Shown here in pieces: positions 49,940-60,217 of a stretch of DNA of 64,000 nucleotides. Both the position numbers and the translations under genes were made by a program. This DNA is from Bacteriovoracaceae bacterium (GTDB taxonomy: Bacteria; Bdellovibrionota; Bacteriovoracia; Bacteriovoracales; Bacteriovoracaceae). Each line of letters opens with the position of its first letter. Position 1 is the first letter of the stretch. The stretch is from the NCBI GenBank assembly GCA_965217035.1, contig OZ244226.1, positions 1,036,146 through 1,100,145 of the forward strand, written 5' to 3'. Under the pieces are notes generated by a model. That model saw only the letters and a program-made list of their open reading frames with translations, was not told the DNA's origin and did not search any database.

Positions 49940-51370
49940 TTAGTGTTGATATCTTTCTTCTGCTTTCTGGAGCATTAATTGAACTTGTTTATATTGTTTA
50001 TCTGTAAGCTCAGGGTCCCAGACAGGGTAAATATTTTTGTTAATTTCATAATTTCTTACTCTTTGAACCCATTCTTTTTCAAAACCTTTAATAAAAGGAT
50101 AGCGAGAAAAATCAAAATAAATTGCTTTTTTAGTTGTTAATAAAAAATCAGCAATATCATTATGCCCCCAAAGCGGAGGAACAATGAACATTTCAGCATT
50201 CTTGTGTTTATTCGCAAATTTCTCATACTTTTCAGAGTAAGGAATCTCAAATGTGAGTCCTGTATCTTTATAAAAACCAAACTTAAGTGCAATGAGAAGA
50301 ATGGCGAAAGGAGCAGACAGCTTTTTTATCCCTGGCAACCTCTTTAAAAGTCCATTAAGAATAAAAATCAACAAGAAAGGTTTTAGGTAGACGACATAGC
50401 GATAGAAATGAAACTTGGCAATAATATCTATTTTAACAATTTCAATGAAAATGAATGAAATAAGGTAAAGAAAAATACCTAGAAGAAAGAATCGAATCAA
50501 ACTTTTCTTATCCTTTGTATCTCTAAAGAATTTAAAAAAGAAGAAGATTCCAATCATAAAAACACTTAAAAAAGGAAGGAAGTCTGAAGCTTCCCAAGTT
50601 GATAAGATAAGATGGTGAGGATGTCTAAAATACCCAGAGGCGAAAATATAACTCAGAGGCTCATTCGTCTCTAAAAACTCTGTTTTGATAAATGGAATAC
50701 AATTTAAAATAACAAGAGGAGAAACAATCAAGCAGCTTTTTATGAAGTTGATAATTTCTCTTTTAGAACGAAAAAGACAATCAACTCCCATAATAATGAG
50801 GAAATGTTGAAGAGTATTAATATGAAAAAAACCAAAAAGAGACACAAAGAAAAGTCCCTTGGTATAAGATTTTCTCCAATAATAATAAAGTCCCCAAAGA
50901 CTCCCAATAATCCCTATAGTTTGTCCCTTGAGCATGCTATAAAAAATCTCATTGTCGCCAAGAAGGAATCCCCCCCAACCATTGAGTCTAATAGTAAGCA
51001 CATGCACAATCAGAACAAGATAAGCAAGAGTTCTATTACTAAGTACTGTTACGTTGAGTTTAAAGTGCTCAATGATTTTTTCTAACCAAAAAAAGTATCC
51101 AATAAAACAAGAAAGCCAAAAAATATAGAGTACATAGGGTATAAATGATAAGGGAAACCAACTTAAAACATAAGCATAGTTATTGTAAGGTCCCGCAATT
51201 GCGACTGAGTCAAGGTACAAATCCTTAGCAAACAAACTAGGGTCTTTAAACTTTAAAACTTTCCCCCAAACGTAGGGCTCATGAAGTTCTGGAAAACTTA
51301 CAAATAAAAAAAGTAAGACAGGAATTGATAAAATAGTGAGAAGGTTTTGATATTTACCGACTTGAGACAT
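49940..51370 (-). CDS. Polytopic membrane protein, possible GT-C glycosyltransferase
   Basis: About 10-12 TMs, DPSLFAKD first loop, RHPHH motif, C-terminal EWVQRV; downstream of the UbiA cluster. Confidence 0.55.
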   Translation of the reverse strand: MSQVGKYQNLLTILSIPVLLFLFVSFPELHEPYVWGKVLKFKDPSLFAKDLYLDSVAIAGPYNNYAYVLSWFPLSFIPYVLYIFWLSCFIGYFFWLEKIIEHFKLNVTVLSNRTLAYLVLIVHVLTIRLNGWGGFLLGDNEIFYSMLKGQTIGIIGSLWGLYYYWRKSYTKGLFFVSLFGFFHINTLQHFLIIMGVDCLFRSKREIINFIKSCLIVSPLVILNCIPFIKTEFLETNEPLSYIFASGYFRHPHHLILSTWEASDFLPFLSVFMIGIFFFFKFFRDTKDKKSLIRFFLLGIFLYLISFIFIEIVKIDIIAKFHFYRYVVYLKPFLLIFILNGLLKRLPGIKKLSAPFAILLIALKFGFYKDTGLTFEIPYSEKYEKFANKHKNAEMFIVPPLWGHNDIADFLLTTKKAIYFDFSRYPFIKGFEKEWVQRVRNYEINKNIYPVWDPELTDKQYKQVQLMLQKAEERYQH

Positions 51371-51382
51371 CCTTATTCACCA

Positions 51383-52435
51383 TTAAGATATTTTTTTCAA
51401 AACACTCAAAATTCCCTGCTTTAGCGAACTTTTATGTGTCGACTTATTATCATGAGAACCTTTAGAAACCTCATGCTTATGCTCAAGGTACCAATTGTAA
51501 GACTCGACAAGCATTTCATCATTTGAGGCCTTTGGGACCCAGCCAAGTTCATTCTTTGGCTTCTCAACGTCAAAATAATAAGGTTTATGATAAGTTAAGT
51601 AATGCCAAGGACCTAAAGGAGAGACACGAAGTTTATCAAAAAACCATAAAGATCCAATGGCCAATGAGACAGGAAGAGACTTTACCTTAGACTTCGTACC
51701 CGCATGCTTGCAAAGATGTTCAAGACATTCTCTTAGAGTTCCGAAAGAATCTGTTCCAACATTATAAATTCCGCTCTTCCCTTGCATCGCTGAGTTAATA
51801 CTAACAGTAACAAGGTCATCAATATGGGCAAATTGAAACTTATTCGAGCCGTCACCTATAATATAGATATTCCGACCTTCGCTAATCCATTCAAAAAGAA
51901 TCTGAAAAATACCAAGCCTTTCTGTTCCTATAATTGTTCTTGGTCTAATAACAGAACAAGTAATATCGGAATTGCTTTCAATTTCATTAATAATAATTTT
52001 TTCACCATCATATTTTGATTGACCATAAATTTCGATAGGTTTCAAATGAGGAGGATTTTCTCCGATCGGACAACTCTCTTCCGTGACGTTACCAAAAACC
52101 GCACTCGAGCTCATATGAGAGAAATGCTTCACTCCAAATTTTTTGGCAACATCAAGAACATTTTGAGTTCCCTCAACATTAACTCTCCTAAAAAAATCTC
52201 CTGCTTTTCTTAAAGGGACAAGAGCAGCATTATGATGAACATAATCAACACCTTCCATTGCTTTTTCTATATTTTGTTTATTGAGAATATCACCCTGGAA
52301 AAATTTAATTCTAGAATCAATGCCAGAGTCGGCAACTGTATCAATGACGACAACTTCTTCACCCATCGCCAATAATCTTTTAGCGATAAATGAGCCAACA
52401 AAACCATTTCCACCTGTTATTAAATGCTTGGCCAA
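51383..52435 (-). CDS. NAD-dependent epimerase/dehydratase (extended SDR)
   Basis: TGGNGFVG, SSSAVFG, YGQSK; TTG start with AAGGA RBS. Confidence 0.9.
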   Translation of the reverse strand: MAKHLITGGNGFVGSFIAKRLLAMGEEVVVIDTVADSGIDSRIKFFQGDILNKQNIEKAMEGVDYVHHNAALVPLRKAGDFFRRVNVEGTQNVLDVAKKFGVKHFSHMSSSAVFGNVTEESCPIGENPPHLKPIEIYGQSKYDGEKIIINEIESNSDITCSVIRPRTIIGTERLGIFQILFEWISEGRNIYIIGDGSNKFQFAHIDDLVTVSINSAMQGKSGIYNVGTDSFGTLRECLEHLCKHAGTKSKVKSLPVSLAIGSLWFFDKLRVSPLGPWHYLTYHKPYYFDVEKPKNELGWVPKASNDEMLVESYNWYLEHKHEVSKGSHDNKSTHKSSLKQGILSVLKKIS

Positions 52436-52495
52436 ACTTATTCCTTTTCAAAGCTAATAAGCCAGTATTGAAGCACAAATTCAGTCTATATTCAA

Positions 52496-53542
52496 TTAGA
52501 TCTGATGCCCCTGATCTAAGCACCAGCTAATGCTTCTCCTCATTCCCTCTTTGAGAGCAATTTGAGGTCGATAGTCGAGTTCATTCATGGCCTTCTCAAC
52601 TGAACAAGCGATTGTCTTATTCATCTCAGAAAGAACATGAAACTTTTGATGATAAAGCCCAACCGATTGTAAAGCTCCATCAATCAGCTCAGCAACTTGT
52701 CCCACTATAAAAGGTAACTTGAAATTTTTCGAAGAAACATCCATCTTAAAATCGTTTTTCTGTAAGTCTTTAATTGTCGAAATGATCTCATTCATTGTGT
52801 AGGGATTTTTATCGGCAATCCAATAAATCGTTGAAGGAGAATCCTTAATTCCAGCTAAAAGAAGTCCTTGGCAAAGGTTATCGATATAACTCATTGATCT
52901 CTTATTGTTTCCGCTTCCCACAATAGGCATTTTTCCTGTTCGAACCATTTTGAAAAATAATGTCTGTCTCTCAGGTTGATTCGGTCCATAAAACCATGGG
53001 CAACGAATAATCTTCAAATCGAGTTCATCTGTTTGGGTTAAAAGAAAGTCTTCCATTTGTTTTTTGGACTTTCCATACCCCATATAAGGATTATAAGGAC
53101 TATTTTCATCAAAAAGATGATCATTGCTTGGGTTACAACCAATTGGCGAGTTCGATGAGACAATCACCATTCTTTTAGCCTTGTTCTCTATGGCCAGGCT
53201 TGTAATATTCTTTGTTCCTTCCAAGTTAATTTCAAAAAATTCTTTGACTTGTTTCGGGTGAATAATTCCTGCCGTATGAAAGATCGTCGGAGCAAAGACA
53301 GATTCAAAAAGACTTTTTATACTTTCTTTGTTCCTAATATCTCCTTCGAATATTTTAACTTTCTCTCCGAACTTATTTAATTTTGTGCGATCTGACCCAG
53401 GTAAGATAAGACATCTAATTTCATCAAACTGAGACTCTTTAAGTTCTGGATGTTCCGAATAGCCATTTACTAATAAAGTCACAAGTTGACTGCCTAGCCA
53501 ACCATTCGCTCCAGTTACGATAGCTACTCTACTCATATCCAT
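52496..53542 (-). CDS. NAD-dependent epimerase/dehydratase (extended SDR)
   Basis: TGANGWLG, HTAG, SSNS, YGKSK, WFYGP. Confidence 0.9.
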   Translation of the reverse strand: MDMSRVAIVTGANGWLGSQLVTLLVNGYSEHPELKESQFDEIRCLILPGSDRTKLNKFGEKVKIFEGDIRNKESIKSLFESVFAPTIFHTAGIIHPKQVKEFFEINLEGTKNITSLAIENKAKRMVIVSSNSPIGCNPSNDHLFDENSPYNPYMGYGKSKKQMEDFLLTQTDELDLKIIRCPWFYGPNQPERQTLFFKMVRTGKMPIVGSGNNKRSMSYIDNLCQGLLLAGIKDSPSTIYWIADKNPYTMNEIISTIKDLQKNDFKMDVSSKNFKLPFIVGQVAELIDGALQSVGLYHQKFHVLSEMNKTIACSVEKAMNELDYRPQIALKEGMRRSISWCLDQGHQI

Positions 53543-54959
53543 TCTCCTTTAGAAAATGATCAATATTTCTTTTTGCAAATGCCATAATAGCGCCTTGAGG
53601 ATTAACTCCAGGTGCAGAACAAATCATACTCGCATCATTGACTTGAATATTTTTATACCCTTTCAACTGCCCATAGGAATCAAGAGGACAAAGATCATTA
53701 TTCTCTCCCATTGGGCAACTCCCAAAAAGATGAATCGTCATAAGCTGGAGATCCTTGTCTTTTATTTGTGATAATCTTGCACCAATCTCAGAGGCTTTAG
53801 TTATTGGAGTTTCAAAATGAGTAATGCTGGGTAAGCATTTCTTAGCTCCCGCTGCAAATAAGAGCTTTATCAAGTCCTTTAAGCCCGATCTGATATTTTT
53901 CAAGTCATTTTGAGAAAGTTGATAATTGATAATCGATTCTTTAAAGAAAGGATATTTTTTAACTCTGGCCTTGGCTTCGGGCTTGATCATTGAATAATAG
54001 ATCGCTCTTTTTTTCCAACTTCGATCTTCTAACTTCGTTTTCATATCTGGATAATCGAGCAAGATTAATTCTTGATAAGCTCGTGAGCTGATAGAACAAC
54101 CAAAACTAATCGTTGGAGAAAACTCTTTCACTTGATGAACCGGGACGCCCATTCCTTCATAGTTAATATCTTCATCAAATTCAGCGAGAACTTTTATAGT
54201 TGGATGAAACTGTAAGCTTTTCCCTATGTTTCTGGTAATCCCACTATTTTGTAAAATTGTTGGAGTTTGAAGCGCTCCAGCACAGAGAAAAACATACTTG
54301 GCGCGAAGAACTTGATTCTCTCCTTTTCCATTATCAACATGAACTTTCCAATCATTTCCTGTTTCAAGAACTTTAGTTGCTTTGTGATGAGTAAGAATTT
54401 TACCTTGGTTATCAATATAGGACTTGATAAAAGTTTCAGTCATTGTTTTACGAACACCACGATCACCTTGCGAGTAATCGTGCCAACGAGGAACTTCTAA
54501 ACTTTTCCAATTAAGAGATCTTGCCCCCTCATCTAACTTGAGTGAAGCTTTATTCATGAGCTCTTGAGGCATGGTTGATATATTCAGTTTTTCTTCACAG
54601 TATTTATAAAAAGGTTCCAATTCTTTTTCAGTAACTCTAAGGTCAAAAACATCATTCCATTCTTTTAAAATTTCAGAGGGAACTCGATGATAAAGTCCAG
54701 AGTTAACTTCAGAACCTCCACCGACACACGCCCCCAACGCAAATGGAATTTTAGGAGTACCGAAGGAGAAAGTTAACCCTCCACTATAATACATCTTTTC
54801 CATTTCTTTTGTCGTAAATTGAGCCTTCTTATTATCTTCAATCCCTGAAGCTTCCAACAAGCAAACATCAACTCCAGATTCTCTTAATCGTTCAGCCGTC
54901 ACTGCTCCGCCAGGACCAGAACCGATAACAATGGCCTCATATTTCTGAGACTTATCCAT
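53529..54959 (-). CDS. GMC-family FAD oxidoreductase
   Basis: IGSGPGG, CVGGGSEVNSG, CAGALQTP.IL, IHLFGSCPMG, DAS, GVNPQ. Confidence 0.9.
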   Translation of the reverse strand: MDKSQKYEAIVIGSGPGGAVTAERLRESGVDVCLLEASGIEDNKKAQFTTKEMEKMYYSGGLTFSFGTPKIPFALGACVGGGSEVNSGLYHRVPSEILKEWNDVFDLRVTEKELEPFYKYCEEKLNISTMPQELMNKASLKLDEGARSLNWKSLEVPRWHDYSQGDRGVRKTMTETFIKSYIDNQGKILTHHKATKVLETGNDWKVHVDNGKGENQVLRAKYVFLCAGALQTPTILQNSGITRNIGKSLQFHPTIKVLAEFDEDINYEGMGVPVHQVKEFSPTISFGCSISSRAYQELILLDYPDMKTKLEDRSWKKRAIYYSMIKPEAKARVKKYPFFKESIINYQLSQNDLKNIRSGLKDLIKLLFAAGAKKCLPSITHFETPITKASEIGARLSQIKDKDLQLMTIHLFGSCPMGENNDLCPLDSYGQLKGYKNIQVNDASMICSAPGVNPQGAIMAFAKRNIDHFLKENGYE

Positions 54960-55305
54960 GCAAGCCTACTTTTTCTTGGTAGATTTCTAAGGTCAATAGA
55001 GATTTGAGAAAACGGAAAGCATCTTTAATTACAATCAGTTTATCGAGTTTACTCTCTTTGAGAGTTTTGACTCTGACCTCAATATCTTGACGATGGAAAG
55101 GAATCCAAGGCTTTCCTAAAATAAGATAATTTAAAAATAGGAAAACTAGACCTAGCGGTATTCGAATATGCCATGGAAGCCGATTAAATTGCCTAACAAG
55201 AAAACCTGTACATCGATTGAATTCTGAAACTTTGATTTCACCATGAATCTCAAAGCAGTAGGCCCAGCTGTAAGATGTTAAAAAGTAAACTAAAGCTTGA
55301 TCCAT
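54952..55305 (-). CDS. Small hypothetical protein between ubiA-like and GMC genes
   Basis: Probable start ATG 55305 (MDQALVYF) overlaps ubiA end; stop overlaps GMC start. Confidence 0.6.
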   Translation of the reverse strand: MDQALVYFLTSYSWAYCFEIHGEIKVSEFNRCTGFLVRQFNRLPWHIRIPLGLVFLFLNYLILGKPWIPFHRQDIEVRVKTLKESKLDKLIVIKDAFRFLKSLLTLEIYQEKVGLHG

Positions 55306-56720
55306 TTTGCCCCAATAAGAAATACAAAAGCGATAAGACCAAGTAACCAATTGACCTTGTCTTTAACGACATGGACAACAGGATCACTATTAACTTCTCC
55401 CCTATGTCCTTGTAACCATAAACGTGAAAGCCAATAAATGAATATCGGGATTAACAGCCAAAGAAAATACGTGGATTGATACATAATAAGAACATCTTTA
55501 CTGCTCAAGTAAAGAGACAGAACAAGGATAGACATCATCGCACTAGATGTTCCTAACTGAGAAGTAATCGTTTTATCAGTCGCGTAATAGCCCCTTCCAT
55601 GAATCGCTTGATTCTTTGAAGGAAGTTTCTTGCTAAGCTCTGCATAACGTTTAAGAAATGCCAGAGAAGAGAAAAGAAAAAGAGAAAAAATCAATAACCA
55701 GTGTGAAATCTCGATATTACAAGCAAGGTGACCACTCAAGAGTCTCACGGTGAAAAGCCCTGCAAGAACAACAACATCAAGCATGGCCACTTCTTTTAAT
55801 TTAAATGAGTAGAGAGTCGTTAGAAAAAGATAGCCAAATAGAATTAACTGAAAAGATGTATTAACAAAATAGGCTAAGACTTGAGATGTTATTAGCAAAC
55901 CGATCGCTAAGACAATAACAATTGGAATCGAAATACTGCCAGCTGCTAATGGACGATTCTTTTTTCTTTCATGTCTCCTATCTGCATCTAAGTCCAAGAG
56001 ATCATTTAAAAGATAGACAAAAGATGCCGTTAAAGAAAAAGAGAAAAAAGCAATAATAGACTTAGAAATAATGATCGGATTAAAATAATTATGAGAAGCA
56101 ACCACAGGAACAAAAATTAAAATATTCTTTGCCCATTGATGAACTCTCATCTGCTTTAGAGCAACCTTAAAAAAGCTTTTAGACTTTGAGTCTTCAAGAT
56201 GAATGAGATCAGTTTTTTTTCTTTTAAGCTTCTTATATTTTTTTTGATTTCCAACAAAAAAACTCTTCTCACTACCTGACCAAACTTTTAAATCCTTAGA
56301 ACAATCTCCAATATAGTCATAATTTTGAAACTGCATTTCGAGTTCATTCTTTTTATTTTCGCCTGTTAAGTTAACTGTTTCATCAGTTGAGAGATAACCA
56401 TCAAAAATTCCGAGATATTCACTCACTCCTTGAGCAACTTTTTTTACAGCTCCCGTGACAAGATAAACTTTTTTCCCTTTACGTTTTTCGATTGAAATAA
56501 GATCAAGAACTTCCTGCCTATAAGGAAAAAGCTCATAACTTAATTCGACTTGTTCAAAAACTTTGTTCTTAAACAAGACTTTTCCTTTTAAGACCCAGAA
56601 AGGAATAACGAGTAATAGATAAGGCTTCTTCTTGATAAGCCTAAGTAACCCCTCGTAGAGAGTGTCTGATCGAATCAAAGTGTAATCGAGGTCTACACAA
56701 AGAACGTTACTTTGGCCCAT
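55290..56720 (-). CDS. HAD-phosphatase/UbiA fusion: polyprenyl-phosphate phosphoribosyltransferase-like
   Basis: N-terminal VDLDYTL and YIGD HAD motifs; RVHQWAKN, YLLNDLLDLDADRRHERKKNRPLAAG, KRYAEL, RGY, DPV. Confidence 0.9.
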   Translation of the reverse strand: MGQSNVLCVDLDYTLIRSDTLYEGLLRLIKKKPYLLLVIPFWVLKGKVLFKNKVFEQVELSYELFPYRQEVLDLISIEKRKGKKVYLVTGAVKKVAQGVSEYLGIFDGYLSTDETVNLTGENKKNELEMQFQNYDYIGDCSKDLKVWSGSEKSFFVGNQKKYKKLKRKKTDLIHLEDSKSKSFFKVALKQMRVHQWAKNILIFVPVVASHNYFNPIIISKSIIAFFSFSLTASFVYLLNDLLDLDADRRHERKKNRPLAAGSISIPIVIVLAIGLLITSQVLAYFVNTSFQLILFGYLFLTTLYSFKLKEVAMLDVVVLAGLFTVRLLSGHLACNIEISHWLLIFSLFLFSSLAFLKRYAELSKKLPSKNQAIHGRGYYATDKTITSQLGTSSAMMSILVLSLYLSSKDVLIMYQSTYFLWLLIPIFIYWLSRLWLQGHRGEVNSDPVVHVVKDKVNWLLGLIAFVFLIGAKWIKL

Positions 56721-56914
56721 TAAAAATCCTTATTGCCGTGATAGAGAATCGATAAATTCTATTCCACATAATTTAACGCATTTTTTTAAGCTTACAAAGA
56801 TAATTATGCAGGAAGCCGTAAGGTTTATAAGTTCTCAAGGATGATTATAATTGCCATAAAACCGCTCTCCTTTTAATATTTAGCAATAAACTGAAAATTA
56901 GCTCAATGTGAGTC

Positions 56915-57676
56915 ATGAAAACTAGCTCTATCCGAGAGGATCAAACAATTTCCAAACAGCTTTTTATCAATAACTTAAAAAGCAGTTATACCAATTCAAA
57001 GCTTGCTATCCTTTGGGATATTGCTGATCCATTGCTCTATGCTCTTATTTTCGTTTTTTTAAAGAAATCTCAAGCGCTTTCTATTGGCTCAGGTGGAATG
57101 TCTTATAGTCTCTTTGCTGTTTCAGGACTTATGATTTGGAAATCTTTTTCTGATGGATTACTTATTCCTTTTAGCCTGCTAAAAAAACATGCATCAATTG
57201 TTGAGAGTCGAAGTATTAGTTACAGAACCTTCATTATGTTGGCACTCATGGAAGCTAGTTTTTATCACTGCATTCGGATATCAATCGTTTGTATCCTTGC
57301 TCTCTTTTTAGAAGGTTTCTCATTATTCTTTTTTCTTTTCATTATAGCTTCATTCACACCCATCTTATTAGGAATTGGTCTAGGTTTTTGCCTTGCTCCG
57401 TTTAATTCAGTTTTAGAAGATATCGAAAAAATAACCAAAATATTGATCATGCCTATGATGTTTGTCAGTGGGGTCATTGCCCCTGCTCCTAAAATTGGAG
57501 GAATGGATTTCAACCCAGTTAGTAATATCATAAGCAATTTAAGATTTTTTATTACAGATAATCCTATTAGTTTTGATCTCTTTACAATTATTAGTTATTC
57601 ACTTTCTTTTGTTTTCTTTGTCCTGGGAGTCTTTGTTTATAAAAGAACTTTTAAATTTTCTTGTGAAAGGTTGTAA
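56915..57676 (+). CDS. wzm: Polysaccharide ABC exporter permease (Wzm/KpsM-like)
   Basis: SKLAILWDIADPL, 6 TMs, NPVS; overlaps ATPase start. Confidence 0.8.
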   Translation: MKTSSIREDQTISKQLFINNLKSSYTNSKLAILWDIADPLLYALIFVFLKKSQALSIGSGGMSYSLFAVSGLMIWKSFSDGLLIPFSLLKKHASIVESRSISYRTFIMLALMEASFYHCIRISIVCILALFLEGFSLFFFLFIIASFTPILLGIGLGFCLAPFNSVLEDIEKITKILIMPMMFVSGVIAPAPKIGGMDFNPVSNIISNLRFFITDNPISFDLFTIISYSLSFVFFVLGVFVYKRTFKFSCERL

Positions 57677-58914
57677 TGAAGAATATTGTCAGTGCTCAAA
57701 ACATTTTCAAGAAATACTTCAGACATCCTTATCGAAATGCAGCTCATTCATTTCTTGATATTTTAAAAATTGTTGCTGGCTACGACATTCAAAATGAACT
57801 AAGAAAAGATGAGTTCTACGCCGTCAATGATGTTTCCTTTGATCTTAAGCCTGGTGAATCTTTAGGTCTTATTGGAACAAATGGTAGTGGTAAATCTACT
57901 CTCTTAAAAATTATTGCTAATATCATTGAACCGACAGCTGGAAATATTGAAAGAAATGGCTCAATTCAGTCCCTTATTAATCTCGGAGCTGGCTTTGATC
58001 GTAATCTCAGTGGGAGAGATAATATTAATGTCGCTGCTTCTTTGATTGGATTTAAAGGTAATGAACTAAAAAATATCTTTGATTCGATTGTTGAGTTCTC
58101 TGAACTTCAGGATTATATCGATAGCCCTGTTTCAACCTATAGCTCTGGAATGTATGCTCGTTTAGGCTATTCTGTTGCTGTTCATCTTAAACCTCAGCTT
58201 TTATTAGTCGATGAAATCCTTTCTGTTGGTGATTCGAATTTTCAAAATAAATGTAAAACCCACCTTCAAAACCTTTTATCAGAAGGAACAACTCTTATTC
58301 TCGTCTCGCACAGTGACACTTATATTACTCAGCTTTGTAAGCGAGCAATTTGGCTCAAACATGGAAAAGCTATGGAGGATGGAGATAGCAAAACTGTCAT
58401 GAACAAATATCACGAGTTCTTAAACCAGAATAAAGGCTCTCTTAACGTCCAGGAAATTAAGAAAAGTAATCTTTACGGGGTTATTTATCCAAAGTCTCCG
58501 ACACTGGACCAGGTTCAATGTGTTCTAACCGATCCCAAGAACAATCCGCTTCAAGAGGTTCGTTCGGGCGATCCTGCAAGGATAAACTATACCTTCTCCC
58601 TCAATACAGAGATTGTTGATTTGAATATCTCTGTGAATATTTATCGAGATGATGGACTGTTGATTACAGCATTCTCCTCTTTAAATACAGAGGTTAAGTT
58701 CGATAACAAAACAATGGGAACGATCAAGGGAACAATTGATATTCCTAATCTCTCTTTAGCTCCGGGAAAATATATTCTCGTTATGCCTATCCACTCTGGC
58801 TCAAGTTATTTGCATAGAGATATTGTGTATGAGTTCCAAGTCAAAAATCGTGAAACTCTCCATTGGGGTGTTTCCTATATAAACCACAATTACACGATCA
58901 GTAATCACCAATAG
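57676..58914 (+). CDS. wzt: Polysaccharide ABC exporter ATPase with C-terminal carbohydrate-binding domain
   Basis: GTNGSGKST, YSSGMYARL, LVDEILSVGD, VSH, ~150-aa C-terminal domain (LAPGKY). Confidence 0.9.
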   Translation: MKNIVSAQNIFKKYFRHPYRNAAHSFLDILKIVAGYDIQNELRKDEFYAVNDVSFDLKPGESLGLIGTNGSGKSTLLKIIANIIEPTAGNIERNGSIQSLINLGAGFDRNLSGRDNINVAASLIGFKGNELKNIFDSIVEFSELQDYIDSPVSTYSSGMYARLGYSVAVHLKPQLLLVDEILSVGDSNFQNKCKTHLQNLLSEGTTLILVSHSDTYITQLCKRAIWLKHGKAMEDGDSKTVMNKYHEFLNQNKGSLNVQEIKKSNLYGVIYPKSPTLDQVQCVLTDPKNNPLQEVRSGDPARINYTFSLNTEIVDLNISVNIYRDDGLLITAFSSLNTEVKFDNKTMGTIKGTIDIPNLSLAPGKYILVMPIHSGSSYLHRDIVYEFQVKNRETLHWGVSYINHNYTISNHQ

Positions 58915-58981
58915 CCCCTATCCTAGCTGTTCCCCAATAGTTACTCTTATGCTATCGTTCCAATAGAATCAGAGGTTATTT

Positions 58982-59557
58982 ATGGAAAACTACTACGAGA
59001 ATTTTACTAATCAAATCACTAACGTCCTTAAGGAAATGGTGACAACACAAGGCACAAATACAATTTCCCAAGAGGAGGCCTTTCAAAAGTGGTCTGACAT
59101 AACAACAAATCTCAAAAATGCTAATAAAGATATGTATTTTGTTGGTAATGGAGCCAGTGCAGCCATGGCCGCTCACATGTCAGCGGACGCTTCAAAGAAT
59201 GGAGAGATCAAAGCTCATTGCTTCAATGAATCTTCTCTTATGACCGCGATTGGAAATGACATCGATTACACTGATGTTTTCGCTTACCCGCTTAATCGCT
59301 ACGCTAATGAAGGTGACGTTCTCGTGACGATTTCATCTTCAGGAAATTCTCCAAATATAATCAAGGCCATTGAAGTCGCTCGCTCCAAAAAAATGACCAT
59401 TATTACTCTCTCAGGAATGAAAGAAGATAATAAATCTCGAAACATGGGCGATTTAAACTTCTGGATTCCTTCAAAGTCTTACGGAATTGTTGAGTCAACT
59501 CACCAATGTCTTTTACATTGCTGGTTAGATAAATACATGAACCTAGAGATTTGCTAG
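58982..59557 (+). CDS. Second GmhA-like SIS sugar-phosphate isomerase
   Basis: GNGASAAMAAH, TAIGND, ISSSGNSPNI, VESTH. Confidence 0.85.
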   Translation: MENYYENFTNQITNVLKEMVTTQGTNTISQEEAFQKWSDITTNLKNANKDMYFVGNGASAAMAAHMSADASKNGEIKAHCFNESSLMTAIGNDIDYTDVFAYPLNRYANEGDVLVTISSSGNSPNIIKAIEVARSKKMTIITLSGMKEDNKSRNMGDLNFWIPSKSYGIVESTHQCLLHCWLDKYMNLEIC

Positions 59558-60217
59558 AAGTCTTTTAACAACACTGAAGTCTTCTTCGTAGCTCACTTTA
59601 ATTGCCTTAAGAGGATCGATCGCAAACAAAACTCTTTTTCTTCCAAGAGAAGCATATCCTGTTGCTTCATAACGTTCTTTAAACTTTTCAGCATCCCAAA
59701 TTGTAATTGCCCAATTTAAAGTATGAACTTCTGGGTTATTTTGTGTCGGCTGAAGAGGTTCATCGAGTCTAATATTAACGGGATCCCCATCACAAAAGGT
59801 CTGCATTTTAGTTTTAGAACTCGTGATCAAAGTATCACAATTAGACTTCTTGTACTCTTCGATAGCAGAAGCAATATCATTTGAATCAATCAAGGGGCAA
59901 ACAGGATTAATCATGACAAGAGTTTGAGGTTCTAACTCTTTGATGATGTCATAATTAAAATCATCACTCGTTGCCTGATCAGACGCTAAGTGGGCTTCTC
60001 TTAGGTAAGTTTTAGCTCCAAGTGCCTCACCTGTAGAAAGCATCTCTTGATCATCAGTATTAACATAAACCTCATCAAGTGAATCACAATTCAAAGCCGC
60101 TTCAATAGCATAGGCCATCATAGGCTTTCCATTGATCTCCCTGATATTTTTACGAGGAACTCGTTTTGATCCGCCTCTAACGGGTAAATGAGCTATAACT
60201 TTTCCAAGATCTCGCAT
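59543..60217 (-). CDS. Acylneuraminate (NeuA-type) cytidylyltransferase family protein
   Basis: PVRGGSKRVPRKNIR..GKPM, VNTDD, NPVCPL. Confidence 0.88.
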   Translation of the reverse strand: MRDLGKVIAHLPVRGGSKRVPRKNIREINGKPMMAYAIEAALNCDSLDEVYVNTDDQEMLSTGEALGAKTYLREAHLASDQATSDDFNYDIIKELEPQTLVMINPVCPLIDSNDIASAIEEYKKSNCDTLITSSKTKMQTFCDGDPVNIRLDEPLQPTQNNPEVHTLNWAITIWDAEKFKERYEATGYASLGRKRVLFAIDPLKAIKVSYEEDFSVVKRLLANL

